NCBI GenBank assembly: GCA_031278815.1
Contig: JAITJS010000031.1
Location: 1,796 to 65,795, forward strand
Direction: 5' to 3'
Length of the DNA stretch: 64,000 nucleotides
From: Treponema sp.
GTDB lineage: Bacteria > Spirochaetota > Spirochaetia > Treponematales > Breznakiellaceae
Shown one piece after another: positions 1-8,803 of this stretch. Made by a program: the position numbers and the translations under genes. The notes below the pieces were generated by a model. It did not search any database and was not told the DNA's origin. It saw only the letters and a program-made list of their open reading frames with translations. Each line of letters starts with the position of its first letter. The stretch's first letter is position 1.

Positions 1-1089
1 ATCGCCGCAGGCGCAGACGGCCTTACCGTGGAAGTCCACCCCCACCCGGACGAAGCCCTGTCTGATGGCCCCCAGTCTCTATACCCTGAACAGTTTGAAC
101 GGCTCCTTCGGGATATTGAGGCCCTGGCCCCGGTGGTGGGTAAGGAACTCCTGCGGACCCCCCGGCCTGGGTCAAGCTACGCAGCACCGGGGAAACCGGC
201 AGCACCAAGCCAGCCCCTCGCAGGGGTGTTCCAGGTGGCCTTCTCCGGGGAAAGCGGCGCGTATGCTGAACAGGCCCTCATAAGGGCCTTTGGAGAGGAA
301 TGTCCCCGTGTATCGGTTTCCTCTTTTCGGGCGGTCTTTGATGCGGTCCTAGATGGGTCGGCAGGAGCCGGGGTGGTGCCGGTGGAGAATAGCCTTACCG
401 GTTCGATTCATGAAAACTACGACCTCTTTCTCCGGTACCCGGATATTGGAATTGTAGGGGAATTGAAACTCCGTATTGTGCACTGCCTCATTGCTGAGGA
501 AGGCACGACGCTTGAGTCCATACGTATCATCCGCAGTCACCCCCAAGGCTTTGCCCAATGCCGGGACTTCCTCAACCACTACCCCCAGTGGCAGTTTGAA
601 ACCTACACCAATACCGCCTCGGCAGTTGCCTCGATTGTCCGAGAAAAGGCCGTCCCCGGGGCGCTTGCAAGGGTAGCGGCCATAGCCGGGGAAGCAGCGG
701 CTAAGGAATTCGGCCTTAAGGTCCTCAAGTCGGGAATCGAAACCAATCCCTTAAACTATACCCGCTTTGTTATCATCTCCCGTAGCATAGGGGATATGGT
801 GCCGGTGCCTTCGAGCCTGGGCTCAGATAAACCCAATAAGGCGTCCTTAGTGTTTTCTGTGCCCGATAAACCGGGGTCTCTCTTTGCATGTCTGCACATA
901 CTCAGTGAAAAGGGGATAAACCTTTCCAAACTTGAGTCCCGGCCCATCCAAGGACAGCCCTGGCGCTATCTCTTTTATGTGGATGTGAGCATCCCTGATA
1001 CGGAAGGGGGTTTTGAGGCTGCCATCGCCGCATTGAAAACGAAAACCGAGGACTTTCGCTTCCTCGGTTCCTACCGGGCTTCACTGTAG
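1..1089 (+). CDS. pheA: DAHP synthase (C-terminal end only, 5' truncated by window) fused in frame to prephenate dehydratase + ACT domain
   Basis: Frame is open from base 1. The first ~45 aa ([42 protein letters not shown]) match the conserved C-terminus of type I-beta DAHP synthases. There is no stop; a Pro/Ala-rich linker follows, then PDT motifs ([19 protein letters not shown]) and an ACT domain ([19 protein letters not shown]). Confidence 0.8.
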   Translation: MAAGADGLTVEVHPHPDEALSDGPQSLYPEQFERLLRDIEALAPVVGKELLRTPRPGSSYAAPGKPAAPSQPLAGVFQVAFSGESGAYAEQALIRAFGEECPRVSVSSFRAVFDAVLDGSAGAGVVPVENSLTGSIHENYDLFLRYPDIGIVGELKLRIVHCLIAEEGTTLESIRIIRSHPQGFAQCRDFLNHYPQWQFETYTNTASAVASIVREKAVPGALARVAAIAGEAAAKEFGLKVLKSGIETNPLNYTRFVIISRSIGDMVPVPSSLGSDKPNKASLVFSVPDKPGSLFACLHILSEKGINLSKLESRPIQGQPWRYLFYVDVSIPDTEGGFEAAIAALKTKTEDFRFLGSYRASL

Positions 1090-1153
1090 CTTTGCTTTGG
1101 ACTTGCAGGAGGACCGGCTGGGTATCGTTATCCTCCACGGGTAAGCTTCTCCA

Positions 1154-2587
1154 TTACTCCCAGGGGAAGCCCCCTCCTCCTGCTACCCAATCCACGTATT
1201 GCACCGCAGTCCGGGGAGAACGCCCATTAAACCAGCGCTCCCAGCGCAAGGCGTTTGCTCGAAAGGTTTTCCATGCTTCCCCATTGGGTGGCTCGGTGAG
1301 AACACCCCGTTCCCGGGCAATGAATTCGGCAATATACAGAAATTCCTCTTGTCCCGGGGCGGTGAACACCACCGTAAGACCAAAGCGATCCGCTAAGGAG
1401 AACTGTTCCTGCATACTGTCAAAGACCCGCATATCCCCGGTAGCCAGGGCGTTTGACGCCATAGCCGTGGTGGGCCTGTCCGCAGTGTACTCTTTCACCA
1501 GGTGCCGACGGTTACTGGTGGCATAGATCAACACCTGGGAAGGCCGCGCATCCATGCCCCCTTCCAGCAGCATCTTTAAGGTGGTAAAGGAATCGTCGGT
1601 CTTTTCAAAGGAAAGGTCATCAATGAAGATGATGAAACGCAGGCCCCGGTTCCGCAGGGCCTCCAGTATCCGAGGAAGCTGCACCAACTGCTCCTTAGGG
1701 ACTTCCACAAGCCGCAACCCCCGCTTTGCATACTCGTTACAAAGGGCCTTGACCGTAGCGGATTTGCCGGTACCCCGATCCCCGTAGAGCAAGAGGTTAT
1801 TGGCCGGTTTTCCCTCAAGGAACCGGAGGGTGTTAGCAATGACCAGGGAACGCTGCTGTTCATATCCGGCAAGGGAGGAAAGCTGCACTGGGTCGGGGTT
1901 CAGTACCGGTTTTAAGGCCGCCTCCGGAATTCCTGCCCAGCGGAAGGCCCGGTAAAACCCCAGGGTTCCCGCACCGGTACGCTGTATATGCGCGATAAGA
2001 TCCCCAAGGGCCGCACCCCAGTCGCTCTGTTCAGGAAAGAGGGTATCTAACAGGGGATAGGCACCGGCTCGCTTACCCTCCACTTCCCACAAGAACCGGG
2101 CTTCCTCCTCTATGGTATGGGCCGGTATAGCAAGATACGGAAGGCCCTGCCGTATGAGGGCCCCTATATAAAAACCCACACCGGAGATTGCAAAGGCGGC
2201 AATCCTCCCCAACCGGGAAAGATCGAGCTTTGCCAGGGTAGCCATACCTTGCGGGAAGGTATTGATTCCGCTTGTTATCGGGTGAAGCTCCGCAGTACGG
2301 GTAAAGCGGTTATCATCCGTGAGGCTCATCCACGCCACTGCATGATAAAAATCAGGTACGGCACCTTCCTGGCAAGCTATTTCCGTTTCCACCAGGGAAC
2401 TCATAAAACAAGCCCAGGGCCGGACTAAGCAGGGTTCCTCGTTATTACCACCTTTGGAGGCCACTGCTTCAAGGAGTTCTGTAAAGGCCTTGATAAGGGG
2501 CGTATCCCGTAACTTTGAAAACAGCACAAGCCCCTCTATATCGGCCAAGGCGGCCTTTGCCGCCTTGATCATAGCAAGATTCATCAA
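1154..2587 (-). CDS. DUF815-type AAA ATPase with an uncharacterised ~230-aa N-terminal region
   Basis: Walker A LLLYGDRGTGKSATVKAL and Walker B FIIFIDDLSF. The C-terminal half has the layout I associate with DUF815 ATPases. No motif recognised in the N-terminal half. Confidence 0.65.
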   Translation of the reverse strand: MMNLAMIKAAKAALADIEGLVLFSKLRDTPLIKAFTELLEAVASKGGNNEEPCLVRPWACFMSSLVETEIACQEGAVPDFYHAVAWMSLTDDNRFTRTAELHPITSGINTFPQGMATLAKLDLSRLGRIAAFAISGVGFYIGALIRQGLPYLAIPAHTIEEEARFLWEVEGKRAGAYPLLDTLFPEQSDWGAALGDLIAHIQRTGAGTLGFYRAFRWAGIPEAALKPVLNPDPVQLSSLAGYEQQRSLVIANTLRFLEGKPANNLLLYGDRGTGKSATVKALCNEYAKRGLRLVEVPKEQLVQLPRILEALRNRGLRFIIFIDDLSFEKTDDSFTTLKMLLEGGMDARPSQVLIYATSNRRHLVKEYTADRPTTAMASNALATGDMRVFDSMQEQFSLADRFGLTVVFTAPGQEEFLYIAEFIARERGVLTEPPNGEAWKTFRANALRWERWFNGRSPRTAVQYVDWVAGGGGFPWE

Positions 2588-2598
2588 ATGCCTTTTAC

Positions 2599-3405
2599 CT
2601 AGGCACTATGGGGGAGCACTTTGAGTACCTTGGAAGGGCATTTAGCCTCGCAGGTCCCGCAGGAGGTACATTTGGTATAATCCACCAGGGGGAGCCCTTT
2701 ATCCAGGATGATGCACTTTTCAGGGCAATTTTTCACACATACCCCGCATTTGATACACCCCACCTTACAGGTTTTCTTCACCATGGTCTTGATGGGATTC
2801 CGGTTGGAACAGAAGGGCGTAGCCCCTTTCCGGTCCTTAGGGATATCCCGGAGGATCTGCTGGGGGCATTCTTCCACACAGCGCTTACACCCGGTACATT
2901 TAGCCTCATCAATGTGGGGTAACCCATCGGCCCCGATGCTGAGGGCGCCGAATTGACAGACCTTGCTGCAATCCCCATATCCCAGACACCCCCAGGAACA
3001 GAGCTTCGTGCCTCCTGCAGAGAGTTTCGCCCCTCGGCAGGTCGGTATGCCCCAATACGCTCCCTTCAGGGGGGCATGTTCCTTGGACCCCTGGCAGGCG
3101 AGGACCGCTACCAGCGGCGTTATCGAAGCATCTCCCCCCATGATAGCCGCAAGCTTTTCTGCGGTAACCTTTCCCCCGACAGAACAGCGGTTTATTTCCG
3201 CACTCCCCTTGGCCACTGCCGCGGCATACCCATCGCAGCCGGGAAACCCGCAGGCCCCGCAGTTGGCTCCCGGCAGGCATTCTCGGATCTGACTTTTGAG
3301 GGGATCCTCGGCAACCGCGAAGAATTCCCGGAAAAAGCCCAAGGCTAAACCCAGGACAAAGGCCAAAATCAGAGCAAACAACGCAGTAATCAGTACGATA
3401 CTCAT
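2599..3405 (-). CDS. rnfB: Rnf electron transport complex subunit B
   Basis: N-terminal TM helix, CGACGFPGCDGYA cluster motif, and several CxxCxxCxxxCP ferredoxin motifs (CTGCKRCVEECP, CIKCGVCVKNCP, CTSCGTCEAKCP). Last gene of the rnfCDGEAB order. Confidence 0.9.
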   Translation of the reverse strand: MSIVLITALFALILAFVLGLALGFFREFFAVAEDPLKSQIRECLPGANCGACGFPGCDGYAAAVAKGSAEINRCSVGGKVTAEKLAAIMGGDASITPLVAVLACQGSKEHAPLKGAYWGIPTCRGAKLSAGGTKLCSWGCLGYGDCSKVCQFGALSIGADGLPHIDEAKCTGCKRCVEECPQQILRDIPKDRKGATPFCSNRNPIKTMVKKTCKVGCIKCGVCVKNCPEKCIILDKGLPLVDYTKCTSCGTCEAKCPSKVLKVLPHSA

Positions 3406-3415
3406 CGGTAACCTC

Positions 3416-3991
3416 CTATTTAACTAAACCGGAAAAGCCCGTAAAGGCCATAGAAAGGAGACACGCGGTAACAAAGAGGATGGGAGGCCCTTTCAAAAAC
3501 GAAGGAATAGGGCTGGTTCTGATCCGTTTGCGGATCCCCGCGAGGAGAAGTAGGGACAAGAGGAAACCCAAGGCCACACCAACGGCAAAGACCAGGGATT
3601 CCACAAAGGTATAACCATTGGAAATGACATCCAGGGTTACGGCCAGAATCGCGCAGTTGGTGGTGATCAAGGCAAGGTAAATCCCCATAGCGGAATACAG
3701 GGCCGGAGCCGACTTTTTAAGGTAGAATTCCACCAACTGGACTAGGGCAGCGATAACCAGAATGAAGACCAGCAGTTGCAGGAAGACCAAGCCCAGGGGT
3801 TCAAGAATGAACGTGTATATGGGCCAGGTAACGCAGGTGGCCAAGACCGTAACAAAGGTAACTGCCAAGCCCATGCCTATAGATTTATCCTCATCGGTGC
3901 TCATCCCAATGAAGGGGCAGAGCGCAAGGAAGCGCATGAGAATCACGTTATTGATGAGGAATGCGGAGATAAATATTTTGAACAAGGTCAT
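3416..3991 (-). CDS. rnfA: Rnf complex subunit A
   Basis: 191-aa polytopic membrane protein with LALCPFIGMS, ITTNCAIL and a C-terminal FTGFSGLVK, as in RnfA/NqrE. Confidence 0.9.
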   Translation of the reverse strand: MTLFKIFISAFLINNVILMRFLALCPFIGMSTDEDKSIGMGLAVTFVTVLATCVTWPIYTFILEPLGLVFLQLLVFILVIAALVQLVEFYLKKSAPALYSAMGIYLALITTNCAILAVTLDVISNGYTFVESLVFAVGVALGFLLSLLLLAGIRKRIRTSPIPSFLKGPPILFVTACLLSMAFTGFSGLVK

Positions 3992-4611
3992 GCTTGTTCC
4001 TCCTCGATGGTTTGTGGTTTCAGTCGGGCCTTGATGAAGAAGTTAAGGCTGATAAACAGGGAGAACACAAAAAAACCTCCTGGGGGCATCACAAAAAAGA
4101 GTATAGGCTGAAAACTCTCAGGAAGGACTTGGAAGCCCAAAAGCGTACCGCTTCCCAGAATTTCCCGGATTATGGATATGCCGGTTAATACCCAGGTGTA
4201 CCCGATGCCCATACCCAGGGCATCGGGGATCACGCTCACCAAAGACTGTTTGGAAGCAAAGGATTCAACCCGACCCATGATGATACAGTTGACCACGATA
4301 AGGGGAATGAAAACCCCCATAGCCTTGGACAGATCCGGGAAATAGGCCTTGAGCACATAATCGATCACCGTGGTAAACGCGGCAATAACAATGATGAACA
4401 CAGGGATCCGCACTGAATCGGGGATGAGTTTTTTGAATGCACTTATCACCAGCTCGGACATGAGCAGGACGAAGGTCATGGAAAGACCCATCCCAATGCC
4501 ATTGACCACCGCGGTGGTTACTGCCAAGGATGAACAGAGCCCAATCATCAGTATAAGGAGCGGATTCTCCCGGACCAGGCCGTTGGTAAATATCCCAATG
4601 AGGCGTTTCAT
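3988..4611 (-). CDS. rnfE: Rnf complex subunit E
   Basis: Motifs ENPLLILMIGLCS and IPLIVVNCIIMGRVESFA are typical of RnfE/NqrD. I prefer the ATG at 4611, which overlaps the rnfG stop as ATGA and has an AGGAGG 6 nt upstream, over the ORF-track start at 4641. Confidence 0.88.
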   Translation of the reverse strand: MKRLIGIFTNGLVRENPLLILMIGLCSSLAVTTAVVNGIGMGLSMTFVLLMSELVISAFKKLIPDSVRIPVFIIVIAAFTTVIDYVLKAYFPDLSKAMGVFIPLIVVNCIIMGRVESFASKQSLVSVIPDALGMGIGYTWVLTGISIIREILGSGTLLGFQVLPESFQPILFFVMPPGGFFVFSLFISLNFFIKARLKPQTIEEEQA

Positions 4612-5207
4612 TGTGCGCCTCCTTTCTGAGTGGCGAACCATGCTAAGGCCGCATCCCCTGAGGCCTTAACCGCCAGGGTAACGGCCTTGCTCGTAATGGT
4701 GGACGCGGTAATCGCCACCACATCCCCTTGTACCTCAAAGGGATCCTGCACGGACTTGCCTGCAAATTGACCGTAGAACGTTATCTTTTCAGGTTTGTTC
4801 ACATAGTAGGTCGGCGAAGCAGCATTTGCCCCAAGCCCTGGGGTATCCTGATGTTCCATGATCTTAACCCGGCTGATGGTGCCGTCGGCGCCGACCCCCA
4901 CCAGGACCGTGAGGGTTCCGCCATAGCTGGCTGCAGAAGCCTGAATCACGGCGCCGATAAACCCGGTGCCTTTTTGCACCGCATATTGGCTCTCAAAGGC
5001 CACGGTAGGATTGAGACTCTCAATGGCCCCGGTAATATCCGTAAAAACCTCCCCTTCAGGGAAGAGTTCCTGCAAGGCTGCTTCCAGATCCGCTTGCTGT
5101 CGCACCGCAATGATCTCGCTGGTAGCGGAATACACGAAGGCAAGCCCCACACACGCGGCAGTGGCATAGAGCGCTAATACAATGCCCAGTTTCAACATAC
5201 CTTTCAT
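4608..5207 (-). CDS. rnfG: Rnf complex subunit G (FMN-binding)
   Basis: N-terminal TM anchor, FMN_bind-type domain and an ITASTITS flavinylation-type motif. Position between rnfD and rnfE. Confidence 0.85.
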   Translation of the reverse strand: MKGMLKLGIVLALYATAACVGLAFVYSATSEIIAVRQQADLEAALQELFPEGEVFTDITGAIESLNPTVAFESQYAVQKGTGFIGAVIQASAASYGGTLTVLVGVGADGTISRVKIMEHQDTPGLGANAASPTYYVNKPEKITFYGQFAGKSVQDPFEVQGDVVAITASTITSKAVTLAVKASGDAALAWFATQKGGAQ

Positions 5208-6217
5208 TTCCCAGCCCCCTTAGGCTTTGGCACAAAGCCGTATTTCTTCTGTAATAAGCGGTTAAGGAAGGGGGTAACCGCATTCATAATGAGCAGCCCA
5301 TAGGTAACCCCTTCGGGATAATTGCCCCATTTCCTGATAAGCACGGTGATGAGTCCTGCACCGAACCCAAAAACGAGCTTCCCATTGGCGGTGAGAGGAG
5401 TAGAGACATAGTCAGTGGCCATGAAGACCGCACCGAAGAGCACCCCGCCGCTTAAGACCGCAAAGAGGGGATCCATTCCCAAGAACAGGGAACTTACGAC
5501 CGTGGCACCGATCATAGCCGCCGGGGCCCGCCAGTCTATGGTCTTAGTAAGCAGGAGATAGACGGCTCCTACCAGGAGCAGCAGGATGGAGGTCTCCCCA
5601 ATACACCCGCCGTGGTTACCTAAAAACAGGGTACCCATCACCGACCCATAATCTGCGGATGGGGTAAGCCCCAAAGAGCGGGCTACATCCGCCAGAGCGC
5701 CCCCCTGCTTGAGGATGTTAAGGGGGGTCGCGGTAGTAACTGCATCGCTTAAGGATACGCCGAAACCCGTGGGCCCATACCAGGTGGTGATCGCTGCGGG
5801 GAAACTCATAATGAGAAAGGCTCTGCCGATGAGGGCAGGGTTAAACACATTGGCCCCCAGGCCTCCGAAGAATTCCTTGGCCACCACAATGGCAAAGATC
5901 GAGCCCAAGGCAGTGATCCACAAGGGGGTAGCCGGAGGAAGGATCAGGGCCAAGAGCAGCCCAGTTACCGCAGCGGAAAGGTCCTTAATGCGGATGTCCT
6001 GTTTCAGGATAGACCGAAAGCATGCTTCTGCAAGCACTGCTGCGGCTACTGCCACGATAATGGTTAAGAGGGCAGGGAATCCGAAGATGACCACCCCGAA
6101 AACCGAAGCCGGGGCCAAGGCGATGAGCACATTGGCCATGAGTTGCTGAGTCGCAACCGGAGAAACGATATGAGGACTTGATGCTAGGATCAAGGATGAC
6201 TGTTCATTTTCCGTCAT
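5204..6217 (-). CDS. rnfD: Rnf complex subunit D
   Basis: 337-aa polytopic membrane protein with the SGGVLFGAVFMATD motif (covalent-FMN Thr context of RnfD/NqrB). Confidence 0.9.
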   Translation of the reverse strand: MTENEQSSLILASSPHIVSPVATQQLMANVLIALAPASVFGVVIFGFPALLTIIVAVAAAVLAEACFRSILKQDIRIKDLSAAVTGLLLALILPPATPLWITALGSIFAIVVAKEFFGGLGANVFNPALIGRAFLIMSFPAAITTWYGPTGFGVSLSDAVTTATPLNILKQGGALADVARSLGLTPSADYGSVMGTLFLGNHGGCIGETSILLLLVGAVYLLLTKTIDWRAPAAMIGATVVSSLFLGMDPLFAVLSGGVLFGAVFMATDYVSTPLTANGKLVFGFGAGLITVLIRKWGNYPEGVTYGLLIMNAVTPFLNRLLQKKYGFVPKPKGAGK

Positions 6218-6254
6218 AGAAAATTCCTTTATTTTCTGTCATAGAAAATTCCTT
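6206..6254. repeat. Tandem 25-bp duplication (24 nt, 1 mismatch) of the rnfD ribosome-binding site and start codon
   Basis: attttccgtcatagaaaattcctt (6206-6229) and attttctgtcatagaaaattcctt (6231-6254). On the minus strand each copy reads AAGGAATTTTCTATGAC. Confidence 0.9.
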
Positions 6255-6280
6255 CTATAAAAATACGCCTTATAAAAAAA

Positions 6281-7663
6281 TTAGGTTTTTGCAGAAGCTG
6301 CGGCTTTCGCTGCTGCCGCTTGAGCTGCCTGCTGCCGGGCCCGTAAGCGTCCTTTGCCCACGCGAAAACGCTGGACCAGTTTGATCCGCGCCGGGCACAT
6401 AAAGGTGCAGCTTCCGCACTCAATACAATCCATGAGTCCTGCCTTTACCGCATAGTCCAGATCCCCCGCTTCCAGGCTATCGTTCATAATCGCCGGAGAA
6501 AGCCTGCACGGACAGTTGCGAATACACCGGGCACAGTGTATACACGGGGTTTCAACCGCGGTATAAGTTTCTTCAGCGGTCATCAGGATGATCCCGGAGG
6601 TATTCTTCTGAATCGGAATCCCCACAGTGGGTACGGCAAAGCCCATCATAGGCCCGCCGAAGAGGATCTTCCTCAACCGGGAGTAATCAATATCCATAAA
6701 TGCCGGGGGCAGATCCGCGAGCAGGGTTCCAATAGGAGCCCGGATATTTTTGGGGATTTTGCAGGCCCCGCCGCTTACGGTCAAGTCCCGGTCAATCAGG
6801 GGCTTCCCCAAGGTAAAAGCCTCGGCTATGGCCACCAGGGTCCCCACGTTCTGGACGATACACCGGGCATCCATAGGAAGCCCGCCGGAAGGGACTTCTC
6901 TGCCGGTAAGAGCGCTGATGAGCATCTTTTCCCCCCCTTGGGGGTAGAGGGTTTTACAAAGCCCTACGGTGATCTCCCCGGGGTAGTTTCCCAGACGGAT
7001 TTCCTGTTCCAACAGGGGAACGAGCTTTTGCTTATTATCCTCTATCCCGATGATGGCCTTCGTAACCCCGGTAATTTTCATGATTATGGCCAGACCCTTG
7101 ATCAACAGGTGGGGTTTCTCGGTGATGACCGCCTCATCGGTGGTGAGGTAGGGTTCACATTCCGCACCATCGGCGATAATGGTGTCGATGGGCTTATTCG
7201 GCGGCGGCGAGAGCTTAACATGGGAAGGGAAGCCGGCTCCTCCCATACCGGTAATCCCCGCATCCCGGATGCGCTTAAGGGCCTCCTCTTTGGTGCAGGT
7301 AAATGCATCCAGGGGAGGCAGGAATTCGCCTTCCCGGTTTTCTAAAGGCCCCTCAGCTTCGATAACAATACAAAGCCCTTCACTGTTGTTCGATTGGGTC
7401 CGGGGCTCGATTTTCTTAACTACCCCACTTATCGAAGCATGAACCGGTACGGTCATGGGGCCGGGGCTAATAGCGTCGGCGATTTTCTGCCCTCGCTTAA
7501 CCACATCCCCCACCTGCACTAAACTTTGATTCGGGGCGCCGAAATGTTGATTGATAGGAATAACCACCTGTTTCGGTGTAGGTACCAGTTCCACCGGTTT
7601 CCCTTCAGTAGCGGTTTTCCTGGTGGGAACGTGCAAACCCCGCTTAAATGTGCTTACAGCCAC
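6281..7663 (-). CDS. rnfC: Rnf complex subunit C
   Basis: GMGGAGFPSHVK nucleotide-binding motif and two 4Fe-4S motifs (CIHCARCIRNCPC, CIECGSCTFMCPA). First gene of the rnf operon. Confidence 0.9.
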   Translation of the reverse strand: MAVSTFKRGLHVPTRKTATEGKPVELVPTPKQVVIPINQHFGAPNQSLVQVGDVVKRGQKIADAISPGPMTVPVHASISGVVKKIEPRTQSNNSEGLCIVIEAEGPLENREGEFLPPLDAFTCTKEEALKRIRDAGITGMGGAGFPSHVKLSPPPNKPIDTIIADGAECEPYLTTDEAVITEKPHLLIKGLAIIMKITGVTKAIIGIEDNKQKLVPLLEQEIRLGNYPGEITVGLCKTLYPQGGEKMLISALTGREVPSGGLPMDARCIVQNVGTLVAIAEAFTLGKPLIDRDLTVSGGACKIPKNIRAPIGTLLADLPPAFMDIDYSRLRKILFGGPMMGFAVPTVGIPIQKNTSGIILMTAEETYTAVETPCIHCARCIRNCPCRLSPAIMNDSLEAGDLDYAVKAGLMDCIECGSCTFMCPARIKLVQRFRVGKGRLRARQQAAQAAAAKAAASAKT

Positions 7664-7941
7664 TATACATCCTCCTTGTAACCCCTTAAAAAGATACCTT
7701 TTAAGGAGACAGTAACATTACCTCTCTGCATCAGAGGGATCTTATGTGTAAGACTCTAGTACTTGATGCAGCATCTCGAAAATGATTCATCTGTACGATT
7801 TATAAAACTTTACGCAGTCATTGGGTTAGACTCTCAAGATCGGCCATTGGGTTAGGCTATTAAAGTACCATTATCATAATGGATAAAGAAGGATATCGTC
7901 AAGGGGCTTATTGCCGTATTATACTCAACGGTACCGGCTGC

Positions 7942-8706
7942 TTAGGGTGTTTCTTCGGTATACCATTCCCGCAGCAGCGCCACATCTGCCCCTAACTCTT
8001 CCTGGACATACCGGTTTATCCCGCCAAAGGCAGCGTCTATCTTGGCAAAAGCCGCTTCCAAGTACCCGTACCTAACCGACAGAACCGTTTCCAGATGGGG
8101 CTCTGCCACGAGCCACTGGCGGATTATCGCCTTGAGGTATGTTGCAGAAAGCAGGTAGTCCTGGTAAATCCGCTCCCGATCCACCCCCAGGGCAGCAAGT
8201 ATAAAGGCCGCTGCCAGGCCGGTCCGGTCTTTGCCTGCGGAACAGTGGAAGAGGAGGGGGAGATGCCCAGGGTCAGCGAGGATACTGAAAAATTGCCGGT
8301 ATTGGGGACGGGCAATATCTACCAAACGGCCATAGAGTTCCTGCATCAGAGCCTCTCCAGAAACCTTGGTTTCAAGGGTACTTACATCCAGGATGCTTCC
8401 CGTCTCAATAGGAAGCTCAAAGGTCTGTACAAGGGTTGCTAAGGTACCGTCAGGGGCCTGTTTTTTTTCTTGGGCCCCCCGAAAATCGACGATGCTCTTG
8501 ATATGCCGCTTTTCCAGAAAGACCTTGTCTTGGAGGGAGAGGTCGTGTAAATTCCCGGCCCGGTAGAGCCGACCCCAACGAAGCCGCCTACCCCCTTGTG
8601 TGGGGTATCCTCCCAAGTCCCGCAGGTTGTAGACCCCCTCAAGGGGCAAGAGCCGGCCTGGTTCAGAGGCGTCATAGGGTTCCGTGTTCATACTGCTCTC
8701 CTTCAT
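7942..8706 (-). CDS. Cys-based protein tyrosine/serine phosphatase (Y_phosphatase3-like)
   Basis: CX5R active-site loop HCSAGKDRTG at a position typical of this family. Confidence 0.75.
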   Translation of the reverse strand: MKESSMNTEPYDASEPGRLLPLEGVYNLRDLGGYPTQGGRRLRWGRLYRAGNLHDLSLQDKVFLEKRHIKSIVDFRGAQEKKQAPDGTLATLVQTFELPIETGSILDVSTLETKVSGEALMQELYGRLVDIARPQYRQFFSILADPGHLPLLFHCSAGKDRTGLAAAFILAALGVDRERIYQDYLLSATYLKAIIRQWLVAEPHLETVLSVRYGYLEAAFAKIDAAFGGINRYVQEELGADVALLREWYTEETP

Positions 8707-8803
8707 GTCTAATCATGCCTGTTTCTTGCTGGGTAGGCTCCCCACTATGGGGATATCCAGGCTATTCATTTGTATCAAAATACGGTATAAATATTAATAT
8801 AAT

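Noticed and set aside
6536-7345. 269-aa plus-strand ORF inside rnfC
   Set aside because: Antisense shadow ORF of a motif-confirmed gene. The translation is Gly/Arg/Pro-rich and low-complexity with no motif.
8461-8476. T8 followed by a C6 run inside the phosphatase gene as a phase-variation site
   Set aside because: The tract lies in frame within an intact ORF, encoding QEKKQAP on the minus strand. It is short, and there is no alternative-frame evidence.
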